Source: Camelus dromedarius | Taxonomy: Eukaryota | DNA: 64,000 bases | Assembly: GCF_036321535.1 (NCBI RefSeq) | Contig: NC_087437.1 | Coordinates: 84,446,001 to 84,510,000, forward strand | Reading direction: 5' to 3' | Shown here: positions 26,546 through 41,300 of the stretch, piece by piece | Numbering within the stretch: the stretch's first letter is position 1 | Layout of the letters: every line of letters begins with the position of its first letter | The notes under the pieces: generated by a model | What the model saw: the letters and a program-made list of their open reading frames with translations, nothing else | What the model was told of the DNA's origin: nothing | Database searches by the model: none | Program-made: the position numbers and the translations under genes

Positions 26546-28132
26546 CCCTTAGTACCCTGATTGTATTTAGTTTCTCGAATATTTCACCAAGAGAGAAAAC
26601 ACACATACACACAGATTCACACACACAAAAGCCACTATAATTAGAACACAGAATCTAGAACTTTAAAGCAGAGAAGCACTTTGAATATTATTTGTGCAAT
26701 CCCTCTCACTCTAATTTTAAAGTTGTGAAAAATGAGTATTAAATAGAGTAACAGGTAGCGATTATCCAGGGCTGTTTTCCTGATCCTAGTCCATTGCTTT
26801 TTTCTCCATAGCAGGCACTTACTGCATATGATATTTTCCAGTATTTTCCCTCTCAGTCCCTGGGTGAACCATGCGTGCTTCTCTTACCTTGTTTCCTCCA
26901 CTCCCCCTTTTATCCACATTACTTTGTTTCTTTAATCCACAATTTATTACTGCATTCTTCAGAAAGAAAAGCCAGGATATCTAGCAGTTCTTGGGCCACT
27001 GTACTCAGACTGAATAGATATAAGGAAAAAGAAAATCACTTCTGTAATCATCTCCAGAGAGTGGAAATGATGATGCTTAAATCTGTGTGAATGACAGCTC
27101 CAATTCCACTTCATCTTTCCTATTTCTTGCTGCTGTAAACCCACGTATGGATATGTTAGTAAGTTTTCCTCTTCTAGGTAAGGATATAAAAGGATGTGTA
27201 AGGACATATTAATGTAAGAGCCTGGCTCTAGGTAGTTAACTTTATTTATAAAAGAAATTTGTTGTATAAATGAAAGAATACCAAAGAATTCTGTTGTCAT
27301 TTTCAACTTCATTCATTTATTCATAATGCTAAAATTCATAGTATCACACTGATTACCATAAATCATTAGTTATAACATTGCTTACTTTTCCTGAACTGTG
27401 CTTTTTCATTTTTGCCTCATTTATCCACAGGACTATACTAATATTCAAGGTTAGTTTTCAAAGCTAATAGCATTGTGTTTCATTGCAAGAGCTTTTTCAC
27501 TCCAGGGTAATTTTAAACAATGCTACTCTCTATGGCTTGATTCATCTAAATAAGATATACTGCTATGATAGAGGTAGCCAATTATCTTTTCAGAAATGTA
27601 AATGCATTTCTCAAAGATTATATACAAATCCTTCTGAATCTATTATGAAGGCTTAAGCATTTCTTATACTTAGGCAACTTCAGAATGAATGATGTAGTCA
27701 TGTTTGATGTTCATCTATGTGACAGTAAAACAGCTGTGTCTAGGATTTGGATACATTTAAAGCAACCTAAAAACCTATGGCTATATAAGTTTTATTTCTT
27801 TACTGTATCATGCAAATAATGAAGTAAATTTTGCAGAAACATTTAAACTGAGAAAAGATTTAATAATCATCTGATTGAATTGCTTCCAAATTTTCTAAGT
27901 TAGACACCTAATAAGGAAGTGAGTATACAGTTATTTTTATGACCACATGTCACCTATGGGCACCAAGACATTGAGTCTACTTTAGGGGTTACCTAGTGCA
28001 AAGATACTCTTTATATACATTATAGAGTACCAGTCTGCTGCTGTTTGAAAAAAGATTCAATGACAGAGAACTCTTTTTCTCAGTGTGGTCTATTCCATTG
28101 TTCTAGTTGGTGGAAATTTCTTCAATCTTTAT

Positions 28133-29537
28133 TTATTTATTTATTTATTTTTTATTGAAGTATAGTTAGTTTACAGTGTGTGACAATTTCTGGTGTACAG
28201 CATAATATTTCAGTAATATGTATATATACATATATTTGTTTTCATACTCTTTTTCATTATAGGTTATTATAAGATATTGAATATAATTCCCTGTCCTACA
28301 CAGAAGAAACTTGTTGTTTATCTATTTTATACATAATAGTTAGTATCTGCAACTCTCAAACAAATTATCCCTTCCCATCCCTTTTCCCCACTGTTAACCA
28401 TAGTTTGTTTTCTGTGTCTGTGAGTCTGTTTCTGATTTGTAAATAAGTTCATTTATGCCCTTTTTTTTTTCTTTTTTTTTTACAATTCCACATATGAGTG
28501 ATGTCATATGATATTTTTCTTTCTCTTTATGGTTTATTTCACTTACAATGATGATCTCCAGGTCCATCCATGTTGCTCCAAATGGCATTATTTTATTCAT
28601 TTTTATGACCGAGAAGTAAGTATTCCATTGTATAAATATACTACAGCTTCTTTATTCAGTCATCTGTCAGTGGACATTTATGTTGTTTCCATGTCTTGGC
28701 TATTGTATATGGTGCTGCTGTGAACATTGCGGTTCATGTATCTTTTCGAATTAGAGTTCCCTCCAGATATATGCCCAAGAGTGGGATTGCTGGCTCATAT
28801 GGTAAGCCCATTTTTAGTCTTTTGAGGAAATCTCCATACTGTTTTCCATAATGGCTGCACCAAATTACATTCCATCAGTAGTGTAGGACTGTTCCCTTTT
28901 CTTCACACCCTGTCTAGCATTTATTGTTTATGGTCTTTTGAATGATGGCCATTATGACTGATGTGAGGTGATACCTCATTGTAGTTTTATTTGCATTTCT
29001 CTGACAATTAGTGATACTGAGCATTTTTTCATGTGCCTATTGGCCATTTATATATGTTCATTGGATAATTTTTTGTTTAGGTCTTCTGCCCATTTTTGGA
29101 TTGAGTTGTTTTTTTGTTATTAAGCTGTATGAGCTGTTTATATATGCTGGAAATTAAGCCCTTGTCAGTCATATCATTTACAAATATTTTCTCCCATTCC
29201 ATAGGTTGTCATTTTGTTTTGTTCATGATTTCCTTTGCTGTGCAAAAGCTTATAAGTTTAATTAGGTCCCATTTATTTTTGCTTTTATTTCCACTGCCTG
29301 TGTAGACTGCCATAAGAGAACATTGCTAAGGTTTATGTTGGAGAATGTTTTGCCTATGTTTTCTTCTAGGAGGTTTATAGTGGTCTTGTCTTATGTTTAA
29401 GTCTTAAAGCCATTTTGAATTTATTTTTTGTGTATGGTGTGAGGGAGTTCTAACTTCATTGATTTACATGTGGTTGTCCAGATTTCCCAACACCATTTGT
29501 TGAAGAGACAGTCTTTTTCTCCACTGTGCATTCTTGA
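28133..29537 (-). mobile_element. 5'-truncated young LINE-1 (~1.4 kb) with TSD
   Basis: (ttta)n tail, then ttattgaagtatagttagtttaca. ORF2 C-terminal peptide in ORF 28394-28600. TSD ttcaatctttat at 28121-28132 and 29538-29549. Confidence 0.95.
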
Positions 29538-30859
29538 TTCAATCTTTATCTTATTTCTCCATAAGTTCAAGTTAAACTTGGGCAAGAGAAATAGTGATAA
29601 TATTCAATTGGTTGAAGGAGATAGAATACACCATTTCTTTAGAAATGTTAGATTGAATGAAAGCTGTTTTTGTTAGATTGAGTGAAAGCTGAAATACAGC
29701 ATTTTACATGCTTCCTAATGGCTACAAAGGCCAATTATTTTATAATTTCTTACACTTTCAAAATTTTTGACTTGCTTATGCATCCAGTTAAAAGTGAGCT
29801 TTGTTAAGATAAAATTTAGATGCTTATAGGGGGGCTAATGGAAATAAAAAGTCTCCATTATCGAAAGTACACATTACTCTTGCTAACGTACCCTACACCC
29901 AGGGATTCCTAAGGTACATTAGCCAATAAAATACTTTGAGAATTTAGCTAGACCTGAAGCCTAGCTAGATTAGTTTAACCCAAGTTTCCAAATTGCACCA
30001 AAAACACTTTAAAAAATAAGAATAATTATTAGCAGCTGTATGGGCACTCATTCATTACATTTTAAGAAACGCTGCTTTACTTGTTTACTTGGTCTGCCCA
30101 CTCTAGGCACCAGTACCTTCACTTCAGTTGTCAAATGGATTACACGTCTCTTTTAAACATAATATGGGAAGAGATTGCTTGAAATGGGAATCTGTAAAGA
30201 TAAAAAAAAAAATATGTTGGGAATGATTGGTTCTGCACAGTAGAGGGAGAACAATGTATAATTTTCTATTTTGTTAATGTAATGTTGAGGCAAGGTACCA
30301 AGAATATAATCAAATTAAAGATAAGCCTCACCAAAAAATTGAATAAATTCATAGATAACTATAACTTAAGAAGTTATTTCTGTTCTAGCTACTCAATTTT
30401 TGTTTTTTACCTTTAATAGTCTCTAGGCAGTTTAACCAGCAACATACAAATGAGTATCCAGCACAGGTTTTACTGTCCCTTTTGATTTCTTTAATCTATC
30501 CAACTAGATAAAAATATACTTCTTTTTGTAACTGTAATTATCTGTATTCTATTTATCTATTTACTTTAGTGAATTCTCCTATCCCTCTGTCCTCAGTGGA
30601 TTGTAAATTCCTGTATTATTCTGAACTAGAAAGTTACAGGATTTTTGTTTTCCATACAATATATAATAATTTAATGGGAAATATCACAGTTTTGCTTTTT
30701 AACAAGTATGCCCCCTCACTGACAAGTTTTATTATTTTAGTTTTTATAAAACATATGATAATTATATTTTAAACCTAAGTATGGCTTATTGATAATCCAG
30801 AAAAAATATGCTTATGATTTTTATTAATAATACAAGTTTCAAATATATTTTAGCTTTTT

Positions 30860-31330
30860 TGCTACCCCTTCCTGAACACATTTTCTTCTCTCCCACTCAG
30901 AGATAGCTAGTGTTACAGATTTGGTGTTTATTATTCATATGCATTTCTTTGTAATTTTCTATATAGGTATGGATCTCCAAATTTCTGCAAAATTGCATAT
31001 TTTGTATATAAATAGGATATACTGGATGCATTTTCCTTCAACTTGCTGTTAGCATAAGACAGTGTGTGTGAGATTTGTTCATGTTTATACATATAGTTCT
31101 GGTTCATTTGCTTTTACTGCTAAAAATGTATTTAACAATGCTCCTCTTAATAAAACAGAAAGTTTAAGTTTTTAAATTTTGTACTTTTTTCATTTGTTCA
31201 TATATATACTTTTGCTATTTACAAGCATCCTACTCTAATATCTTGTGTGTATCTCCTGTGTACATGTGTCAGAGTTCTCTTGTTTGTAGTGTAAAATTGT
31301 AGGATTGTAAAGCATGTATTCAAATGTACA
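30860..31330 (-). mobile_element. Old L1ME-like 3' fragment
   Basis: gtgagatttgttcatgtttatacatatagttctggttcatttgcttttactgc and gtacatgtgtcagagttctct. Confidence 0.6.
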
Positions 31331-32179
31331 ACATATGTTTCAAACTGGCAACATTATTGTTAAATTATTCTCTATGTAATTTATTGTGTGTTCCAAATCT
31401 AAAACCTGTCTTTGCCTCCAAAGGAAAGGGCTCATAGCAGTCCTCTAACTCACTTCTTTCCTATTTGGGCATATGTAGGAGAATGAATGGCCCTGACCAG
31501 ACTACTTTGTAAAATGCCAACGATTTCAATCTGAAATCTTTAAAAACAAATAAATGAAATATACTAGAAAATTATATTAGCAGGATATTTTTAATCTGTA
31601 TATTTTTATTATCAACAAAATAAACATTGATAAAAGTATGGATTAAGCATGGCCACATTACTTATCTGTGTAACTGAGGAAGAATGAACAGAGGAGCCTC
31701 CAAACAAGAATAACTTCCCTCAAGAAATATTTTCACATACATTATTCAAAACTGATCTGTTAATTCAAGGCCGAAATTCAACCTAATGCAAGAGAAAAGG
31801 GACATTTTTGGAGGTTGCTTCTGATAATTTCAGGTTCCTTCAAAAAGAAGTTTTGTCTGTACCTGATGTTCGTCTATGCTGAGTTTTTAGTAAAGTTAGG
31901 TGTTGGGTCAAATCTATGATTTGTGTGCAGCTGATTTGACTATTTAGTCTTTTCTGTTAACACAATAACTAAATCTGCTATTTACTATTTACGCTGTCTT
32001 CTGATCATAGTGGCTTACACTTTCTGTGTGTTATGGAACGTTTTATTGTGAAATCAGAATTGGGTAACATTTATGTGTGAGAAACCTAGAAAATCTGAGT
32101 ATTCTTATATATTTTAATGCAATTCAATCCATAATTAAACTGTGCAAAAAAAAAATAATATGTAGACCTAGATGGATTC

Positions 32180-32378
32180 TGTTATGGACTGAATGCTTTT
32201 GTCTCTCAAAACTCATATATTGAAATCCTAACACCTGAATAGTATCAGGAGGTGGGGCCTTTGGAAGGCAGTTAGGTCATGAAAGTGAAGGCCTCATAAA
32301 TAGGATTGGTACCTTTACACAAGAGACCCCAGAGAACTCTTTCAGTCCTTCTGCCATGTGAGGGCACAATGAGAGAAA
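32180..32378 (+). mobile_element. MaLR LTR 5' part (MLT1A-like)
   Basis: tgttatggactgaatg...ttgaaatcctaac...ggaggtggggcctttggaagg...aagagaccccagaga...ctgccatgtgagggcaca. Confidence 0.88.
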
Positions 32379-32384
32379 TACGTA

Positions 32385-32890
32385 GAGAAAAAGAGAATAT
32401 TGTAAAATGAAGAACATCAGTGAACCACGGGACAACTTAAACTGACCAAATATATTTGTAGTTAGAGAAAAGGAGCAAGAAGGAGGAACAGAAAAAAATG
32501 TTTAAAGAAATAATGCTGAAATATTTCCCAAAGTGGTGAAAACTATAAACCTACAAATGTAAGAAGCTCAATGAACCCAAGCACAAGAAAAAAGAATTTA
32601 CACAAGGCACATCCTAATCAAACTCCTTAACAGCAGTGATAAAGAAAAGTGTTAAAAGTAGCTAGGGAGCAAAAATAAGAATGGTGGTAGATTTCTTATG
32701 AAAAATAATGCAACTCAAAAGACAGTTTTTTAAATTACTGGGGAAAAAAACTGTCAGCAAAAATACCTTTCCTAAGCTAAGGTGAAATAAAGACATATAA
32801 AAACTGAAAGAATCATCACTGGCAGATCTACCTAAGAATAAATGTTAAGCAAAGTCCCCAGACAGAAGGAACATGACACCCATTGGAAAT
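32385..32890 (+). mobile_element. Old L1 ORF1 fragment
   Basis: tttaaagaaataatgctgaaatatttccca...aagaagctcaatgaacccaagc...ggcacatcctaatcaaact. Confidence 0.75.
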
Positions 32891-32959
32891 ACAGTTTTTA
32901 TTCTGGGGGACATTGACTAAAATGAAATGTAAGTAAGTTCCTGTGGTGGTCCTGGGAAT

Positions 32960-34048
32960 TTACTGACATCCTACATGATATTTACAACTTTGGTTTACTC
33001 TGTGCTGTAGAGTCCTGTGGGTTTTGACAAATGTAGTATCCTTTATCCACTAGTACAGTACCATACAGAATAGATTCACGGCCCTAAGAAATCCACTGTG
33101 CTTTACCTATTTACCACACCCACCTTACACCCCTGACAACCACTAATTGTTTTATTAGCTCCATAATTTTGTTTTCTTCCATAATGTCTAATAATAGGAA
33201 TCACACAATATGTAGCTCAGACTGGGATCTTTCTCTTAGCAATATGAATTTAAGTTGCATTAAAGATGTTGCATGGATTGATAGCTGATTCCTTTTCATT
33301 GTTAAATCATAGTGTGTTGCATGGATATACTAAGTTTGTTTCAATTGTTGACTGTTGACATACATCTTGCTTGCTTGGTGATTATGAATAACTGTTTTCA
33401 CACATAGGTTTAAATGTGGACATAAGTTTTCAAATCAGTTAAGTAATTATCTAGGAGTACAATTGCTGGATCATATGATAAGATTATATTTAGGTGTATG
33501 AGCACTGCCAAATTGTCTTCCAAAGTAGCTGTACCATTTACATTCTCACCAGAAATGAATGACAGTTCCTTTTGCTTCAAATTCTCACCTGAAATTGATT
33601 TTGTCCAATTTGGGGTTTTAGCTATTGTAATAGATGGTAGTGGTATGCCATTGTTGTTTTAATTTAAATTTTTCTAATGACAAATGATGTTGAGCATCTT
33701 TTCATATTTTTGACACTTGCACAGTTTTTTCCATGGAGTATCTATTCAAATATTTTTCCCAATTTTTAATTGAGTTGTTTTCTTGTTGTTGATTTTAAGG
33801 AGTTCCTTGTATGGTTTGGATACAATTATATTTTCAGATACGTGGTTTGCACATATTTCACCTATGCTGTGTCTTGTCTTCTGATTCTCGTAATAACATC
33901 TTACACAGAGCAAGCATTTTTAATTTTATTAGAATCGAACTTATCAATTTTTTCTTTCACAGATTGTGCTTTTTGTGTTGTGTCTAAAAAACCAAACAGA
34001 CTTACACAGATTTCCTCCTACATATTCTCCTTGAAGTTTTATGAACTT
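32960..34048 (-). mobile_element. Old L1 (L1MC-like) 3' region
   Basis: gtgggttttgacaaatgta...cagtaccatacagaatag and ccaaattgtcttccaaagtagctgtaccatttacattctcaccag. Confidence 0.8.
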
Positions 34049-34069
34049 TACATTTTACATTTAGGATAT

Positions 34070-34770
34070 TCAATTGGCTAACAGGTACATGAAAAGGTGT
34101 TCCACATCACTAATCAGGGAGATGCAAATCAAAACTACAATGACCTCACACCTGAGAAAATGGCTATTCTCAAAAAGATAAGGGATAACAAGTGTGAAGA
34201 GTGATGTAAAAGGGAATACTTGTGCACTGTTGGTGGGAATGTAAATTAGTGCAGCCACTACGGAAAGCATTATGGAGGTTTCCTCAAAAAATTAAAAGTA
34301 GAACTACCATATGGTCCAGCAATGCCATTTCTGGGTATATATACAAAGGAAATGAAATCATTATCTGGAAGAGAAATCTGCATCCCCATGTTCATTGCAG
34401 TGTTATTTACAATAGCCAAAACGTGGAAACAACCTAAGTACTCATCAATATATGAACGGATAAAGAAAACATAGCATATATATAAACAGATACACATATA
34501 TATGTTTTAGTCTTAAAGAAGAAGGAAATCGTGTCATTTTTGACAACATAGGTGAAACTTGAGGGCATTATGTTAAGTGAAAGAAGTCAGGCAGAGGAAG
34601 ACAAATACATATGGACTCACTTTATGTGGAATCTAAATTAAATGTTATTGTAGTAATCATTTGGCTATATATATGTGTGTGTGTGTGTGTGTGTATAAAA
34701 CTATTATGCTGCACACCTTAAAGTTGTACAATATCATATGTCAATAACAAAAAGCAATGCTAGAAAAAAG
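34070..34770 (+). mobile_element. L1MA-like 3' end, containing (TG)n at ~34673-34694
   Basis: gaactaccatatggtccagcaatgccatttctgggtatat...ccatgttcattgcag...cttgagggcattatgttaagtgaa. Confidence 0.9.
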
Positions 34771-35509
34771 AGATTATAGACTACTTATTAATGATGAATA
34801 ATTTAAAGTATGTGGGTAAACATATTAAGTGCACTTTAAGATAAAATTATATTGTGTTACTTTGTGTACATTATTTCTGTGGTAATATAATTATAGATTT
34901 GCTCCTATAGATTAAGTTTGTTTTATGTATTAAGAAGAGTTCAAAATTCAAAAAAACATGTAGGCTTGTTTATCAAATGTGATTAAAATCTTAATTGGCT
35001 TGGGCAAAAAATAAAATAAAATTGTACAAAATTTTGCCTATTCCAAGTTGTAACATGGCAAAATTAATATTCACATAACTGTCTTAGTAGAAAAGAGCCA
35101 TTAGAAAAATCTTCTTGTCATCAAAGAAGATTTATCTTTTGAATATAACCTTTTCATTTTCTTGTTTTGGGAATGAAGCTGTCATCTAAGTTAGGTACAG
35201 ACTTACTCTTGACTAGAATCTAGTAGACTAATGATTCATACTTCAGTATTTGAAAAAAAGTTTTCATTTCTATTGTATAGGTACATATTTAATACATTTT
35301 GCTGTTGCTATGCATTGGCGTTTTTATCCAAAGAACACATGGAAAGGGATAAAAATAAAGTATCTCATTACTGAATGTTACTTTCTAAGTAAACTAAATA
35401 ACTTCAAAAGAACTTTTTTCAGCTTTCAGTATGTTTATCAAATTTTAGCGTAGACTACATTTATCATTATCATGTCTTTGGTTAAATACTCTTCATTTGT
35501 TCAAATAGG

Positions 35510-36190
35510 TTTTATTAGTAGACTCCATTTTTGAAAGTTTGATTTATAGAAAGATAGTACAGAGTTCCTATATGCCCCTTCCCTCTACACACAGTTTCTT
35601 CTATTATTAACTTCTTACCTTAGTATCGTGTATTTGTTACAATTAACGAACCAATACTGATATATTAATATTGTTAGCTAAAATCTATAGATTACATGGG
35701 ATTCCTTAATTTTTATCTAATGTCCTTTTTGATTCCAAGTTTCCATCCAGGTTACTAGATTAACATTTTGTTGTCATGTCTTCTTAAGCTCCTCTTGTCT
35801 GTGACATTTTCTCTAACTTTCCTGGTTTTGGATGACCTTGATAGTTTTGAGGAGTGCTAATCAGGTGTATTGTAAGGTGCCCTTCTATTGGAATTTGTCT
35901 GATATTTTTCTCATGTTTAGGCTGGGGTTATGAGGTTTTTAGAGGAAGAGGACAAAGATGAAGTTCAATTTTCATCACATTTGAAAAATAGTATATACTA
36001 TTAACATGATTTATCTCTGTTCATGTTGACCTTGGACACCTGGTTGGAGTGGTCGTTGTCAGGTTTGTCCACATGAAGTTACTCTAGAGAGTTATCCTTT
36101 CTACACTGTGCTTTTTGGAAGGAAGTCCTATGCACAGCCCACACTTAAGGAATGGGGAGTTACGCTCTCTCTCTTTTAGGGTGGGAGCAT
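35510..36190 (-). mobile_element. Old L1 (L1MC/MD-like) 3' UTR
   Basis: gatagtacagagttcctatatgcccc...tttgttacaattaacgaaccaatactgata...gatgaccttgatagttttgaggagtgct. Confidence 0.75.
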
Positions 36191-36399
36191 AATTTTTAAA
36201 GCACTTATTAAAAACTTACAACAGACAAAGTTTTCTCATGTGCTTCAGAAAACAACATAAATTAGAATTAATGTAAGGTGAGCAAGGGCCAAAAAGAACA
36301 GTTCTTTTGAGGCTTTTCATTCTATTCTCTCTTTGCTTCAGTCTCTCAGATCACTTCTTTCTGTGTGGACTTTCATTCACTGCCCCCACATTGACTCCA

Positions 36400-36628
36400 T
36401 ATTTTCTCATTGTCAGCACAATTGATATTTTGGGCCACATAATTATTTTCTTGAGGTAGAATGCCCTGTACTTTGTACAATATTTATCAGGATCCTTGGC
36501 TTCTATTCACCAGATGGCAATAGCACATCCTCCTGTACTTTGCCCCTGGCTATGAAAACCAGAAGTGCCTCCAGACATTGCCAACTGTCCCATGGATGGC
36601 CAGACTCACTTGGTTGAGAACCACTGCT
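36400..36628. mobile_element. MER20 (hAT-Charlie)
   Basis: gatattttgggccacataatt...ctccagacattgccaactgtccc...ggttgagaaccactg. Confidence 0.85.
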
Positions 36629-37349
36629 ATAGACTATCATCCATCTTCTGAATTAGTGTCTAATTCTCTCACTTACATATTTAACATATATATTCAGTTG
36701 TCAATAAATATCTCAACATACTTAAACTTTTCCTAGATTATTTATACTCTCCAACAATTTATCCTATCTGAAATTCTCACCACTCTCTAGAAATGGACGA
36801 TTCTGCCCTATGCATCCATATCCTGCAGATAACATTATTAAAAAGATTCTTCTGCCCCTTTACAACACTTTCCAATCAGCTTTATTTCTCTTTTATGAAA
36901 AACCCCTCCAACTGAGGATCAGATTTTTTCATTATGCTATTATATTTCTACATTCTAATAGCTACTAATTCTCAAATTACTTAAATTCCTTCAGGAGTTT
37001 GGCACCTGGCTCTTCACCTCAATTCCTGCTCACTCTAAAAGGAACATCAAAAACACAGATGATGGCTGACCAAGAACCAAAAATGCTGCAAGAAAATTTC
37101 TGAGGTCACTGCTTCCTCATACCACCACATCTATTCATTCTTTTTGTCCTGTGAAATCCCTTCCCTATGTTTTCTTAAACTTGGCTCCTACATCATCATG
37201 CTTCAGTTCCTCATTTCAAACTCTCTTGCTGAATACTTTCCACAGCATCATTCCCAATCTTCGTCACTAAACTTTCTGCACTTCTTTATCCCTTTAATTT
37301 ATCCCTGCTATTCTGTCAGTGTAATATTTTAAGATTAGGTTAATTTTAA

Positions 37350-38310
37350 CTACAGTGCTTGAAAAGTCTCCTGTTGCTTCCCATTGCCTGAAAAATGAGG
37401 CCTGAACACCTCATTATGGCCATTCAAAGGCCTTTTGATTTGATTCTTAGGTAACTGAGAGTTTACCTTCTATGTATGATCTCCTTACATATAAAAACCC
37501 ATCACTTCAGTGTTTTTTCTGAACTTCTTTTCTATATTTACTTGTGCTGCACTAATATGGTTTTATTGCATAAAGTAATACCTCCAACTTCAGTAACTTA
37601 CAACCATAAACATGTATTTCTCACGTATGAATTTATGGGTTGACATGGGCACTTCTATTCTAGGCTGCAGTTTTTCAGGTCTGGATTTTCTCTGTATGTC
37701 TGCTTCTTCTTTCAACTAACAGGCAGCCAAAGTATAGTCTTTTCATGGGCAGCATATGAAAATGATTAAAAACATATGATGCCTCTTAGCATTAGCACTG
37801 TTGTCTCATCCCATATTTCATTAGTCAGAGCGGTCAAAAGGTGCAGAGTCAAGGGTTAGAGAAGTGCCAGCTGCCTAAGATGAGGCCACAAGTACTGTAT
37901 TCATCAGGGAAGGCTGAGTGTTGGGCAAGATAAAGCTATATAATTTTATACCTTTATAGCTTTGCATGCGTTAATCTCTCTGCCTCAATAATCACCCATC
38001 ACTACCTTTGCAATCTGGTAAACTCCTAATCATCATTCAACATGCAGTTAAATATCATCTGTGAAGCTTTTCCCTTTTTAAACAAGAAGACTAAATCCTG
38101 CACCCCTTTGTTCACTACCACATTTTATGCATTCTTCTTCTACAGCTGTTTTATTAAATCATTAAAGCATAGAGACACTATTATTATTCATGTACCTGAC
38201 TCCTCCGCTGAGGTTATAGCAGATACTTTAGGTTTGGTGATAAATATTCCATTTGTTGTTGGGACCATGAAATGTACCCAACAAAAACTATTGAAAGATT
38301 AAATAAGTTT
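37350..38310 (+). mobile_element. L2 fragments interrupted by an MLT1-type LTR (~37560-37930)
   Basis: gcttcccattgcctgaaaaatgaggcctgaac and ctggtaaactcctaatcatcattcaac (L2); cttcagtaacttacaaccataaacatgtatttctcac (MLT1). Confidence 0.55.
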
Positions 38311-41300
38311 AACTCCATCTGTCTGGATGAACAAGATCTCTGGTCATATCTGTGAGGTGTAAAAATCATGGTGGATAAGAAGGTAACAAGAAAAATTGAG
38401 AGGAAGTTTTGCTCTTGTATTGTATTGTATTGCTGTTTGACTTTTAATACTATATAGTGGCTATAGGCTTATTTTCAAACCCATGAACCAATCTGTAAGA
38501 AGAGGACACATTGTACAAATACAAAAGATAGGTTTTATAGCTGTGGAGGCTACTCAGTTATGGATAAGATGCTGGTCATAAAAACATGTTAAACACAGAA
38601 GAGAGAAAATTGCTGAAGCTCATGTTGAAACTATGCCCCTATCTTCATTACTCAATAACATAATTTCAATTCTTCTTACTTTAATTTTTATTTTACCTTT
38701 GAAATAAAGTCAGAAAACAATCAAACAAAATCAAGGAGAAACTCTGAAATAAATAACATATAACAATTTTATTCCATGTTTGTTAAAGAATTGCATCTAG
38801 GTAGGCTTCCTTTGAAAAGATGATTATCTCTATGATACCAGGGAAAAGGGTGAAAGTGAAATGTGTGGTACAATTACATTTATCACTGAGATAAACAATT
38901 GGGCCTATAACTAAGTAAATAGTAGTTAGATTCATGGGAGAAAAAAAAACACAACAAAATACAAAAACTACTGAAGTAGAATACTACACAGAAACATACG
39001 TTGGTTTTTAACTTTTAATTTTAAACATGATTTAGTCTCATACCTTAAAAACTCTACACTCAAACAAGAGTGATTTAAAAGAATAATCAAGCTTCCAGAG
39101 ATTCTCATTAGCAGTAATGCTATTAAGTAGTATATGAGGTATCTTAACTGTATTTATTATTTTTCTATATTTTTGTTCTATAGCTTTTTCTAATAAGGCA
39201 ACAATATTCATGTTTCAAGTTTTAAGAAATAAAAGAATTTTGCATCATATAAGTTGTTTTACTGCAATATCGAAGCAGTGACTATGACTAAGTAGATTAC
39301 AGTCGGGCTACAAATCTATCAGTAGGTAAAATCAATAAGAACCACAAAGTTGCTAGATTTATGGTTGTAACTAATTTATAATAGTGCACAGATGACTAGT
39401 TACTATTGCAAAGAATTGCATTTACTCATTATAAGATGAATATATTACAATTAGCTGTCGATTTAGTTGAACTTTCATAGGTTATTTACTTTTGTTACAA
39501 ATGAGACCTGTTATAATCATTCTCTCTTCCCCAAACCCATATATTATATTCTTAATCATCAACATATTGTTCCCTAGACAAATTTTAGAATAAATGTGGA
39601 GCAAAGAACTTTTCAGAGTAAAATGCTGAACGAAATTTGCAACTCATCATAACTACCAAAAAATCCTATTTTCTAAGGCAAATAAAGGATTGATACAAAT
39701 CAGAAACATCTCATTAAATGTAACTCTGAGGTTAGACATTTGCTTTAATAATTACTTTTATGATCATCATCATGCTTCCCTGGGCAAAATTTTCTAATTG
39801 AATGAGAACTGGCAGAAGAATCCAAGATGTTGCACTTTCAAATGTAAATGAAAAACAAAAGGGATTATGTGATGAGTTACACCATTACATTGTTCAACAT
39901 CGTTGAAGTTTTACTGAACCTCACAATTACTTTCCTATGAAATAAAAGATATTGCTTGAAAGGAACTATGTAGTTTTATATATATATTACTTAAAATTTA
40001 TTCTGGTTGAACAGCTTGAGAGGGACAAATGCTCTTGCAATAGAAAAAGAAAAAAACAATGCTGGCTGTTTCTTCCTGATACATATGATTTTTGTAAAGA
40101 TACTTGCTACTTTGGGTAGATCATTTTTATTCAAATTTATAAAATTATACTTGCTATAAACTTAATTATACTTGCTAAAACTTAGTTTTAGTTAGTCAAG
40201 ACTTTACACAGCATATCTGTGTAAAATATATGTAATTCACTTGAGCATATTACATGCATCTGATCAATGCATCAAAAAAAATTTAAAAATGAAGGTTTTA
40301 TTGTTACTGTCACTTTATATCTTTTGTTTGTTTCCTTCTTCCTTTTATTGTTCTTATAAATGTTTAGATTTATTTTTAAATGTTTATAATTTTTAATAAC
40401 ATAGCATATGTAGTTTTATCTCAGTATTTATCAATATTAGTAAATGAATTAATACAATTGCCTAAGCAATAATTAAATATAATTTTCCAAGAAGTATATA
40501 AGTTTACTCCAAGGAACAAAGTAATACCTTCATAATGATTTAGAAGCCCATAATTCTACATTCTCTTAAATTATATAGAAACAAGTATTGAGAATGTAAG
40601 ATTACTGACATTAAGTACATAAATGAATTTGTATTTCATATATTTATCTAGAGAAATGAAAAGAGAAATAGGGTAGTTTATGTGACAGCTCTTACAACTT
40701 CCAATCAGATACTGAGTTTATCACTTCCACTCACTTTCTATTGGTGAAAACTAACATGGGCAAGTCCTACTTCAACTGGACCTGGAAAGAATTCTCCTTC
40801 TAGTACAGGTCATATGGTGATGGGTCAAAGAAGGCACGTAGTTATGCTTGGGCTCAAAAAGTGAAAATATTCTTAGGATAAAAGAACTGGACATTCATGA
40901 ACAGACCAAAAATTATTATGTAGTCTTTGAGTTGGTGGCAGAAACTTTTTGTCAAGAACGGTAGTTGAAATTTTTGCTTGGAAACAATTCTACTATAGTA
41001 AAGAATGTTAAGTCACATATTTTTTGTAGATTAATACCAAAATCAGGCTTTATTATTTTTTTGTAGCAGCACAGTTATTTAATGTTATTGGAAAAATGAT
41101 AACTTAGAAGGAAGTTTCATACATAAATTAGTTGTGGACTGAAAAGTGCGCTGAAAGGTTCTCTCATTCACTGGAATATTTAAAACTTATTCCTCATGAA
41201 TGAATCTTTTATATATACATATATATACATGTATGTAACTTTAATACATATTTAAATTACATAAGAGTATTATGCTATCTATAATAAAGCTGTATATAAT

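Noticed and set aside
29646..29691. Short tandem duplication (tgttagattgaatgaaagctg x2), similar case at ~40143-40183
   Set aside because: Ordinary two-copy slippage duplications with no spacers; not CRISPR-like.
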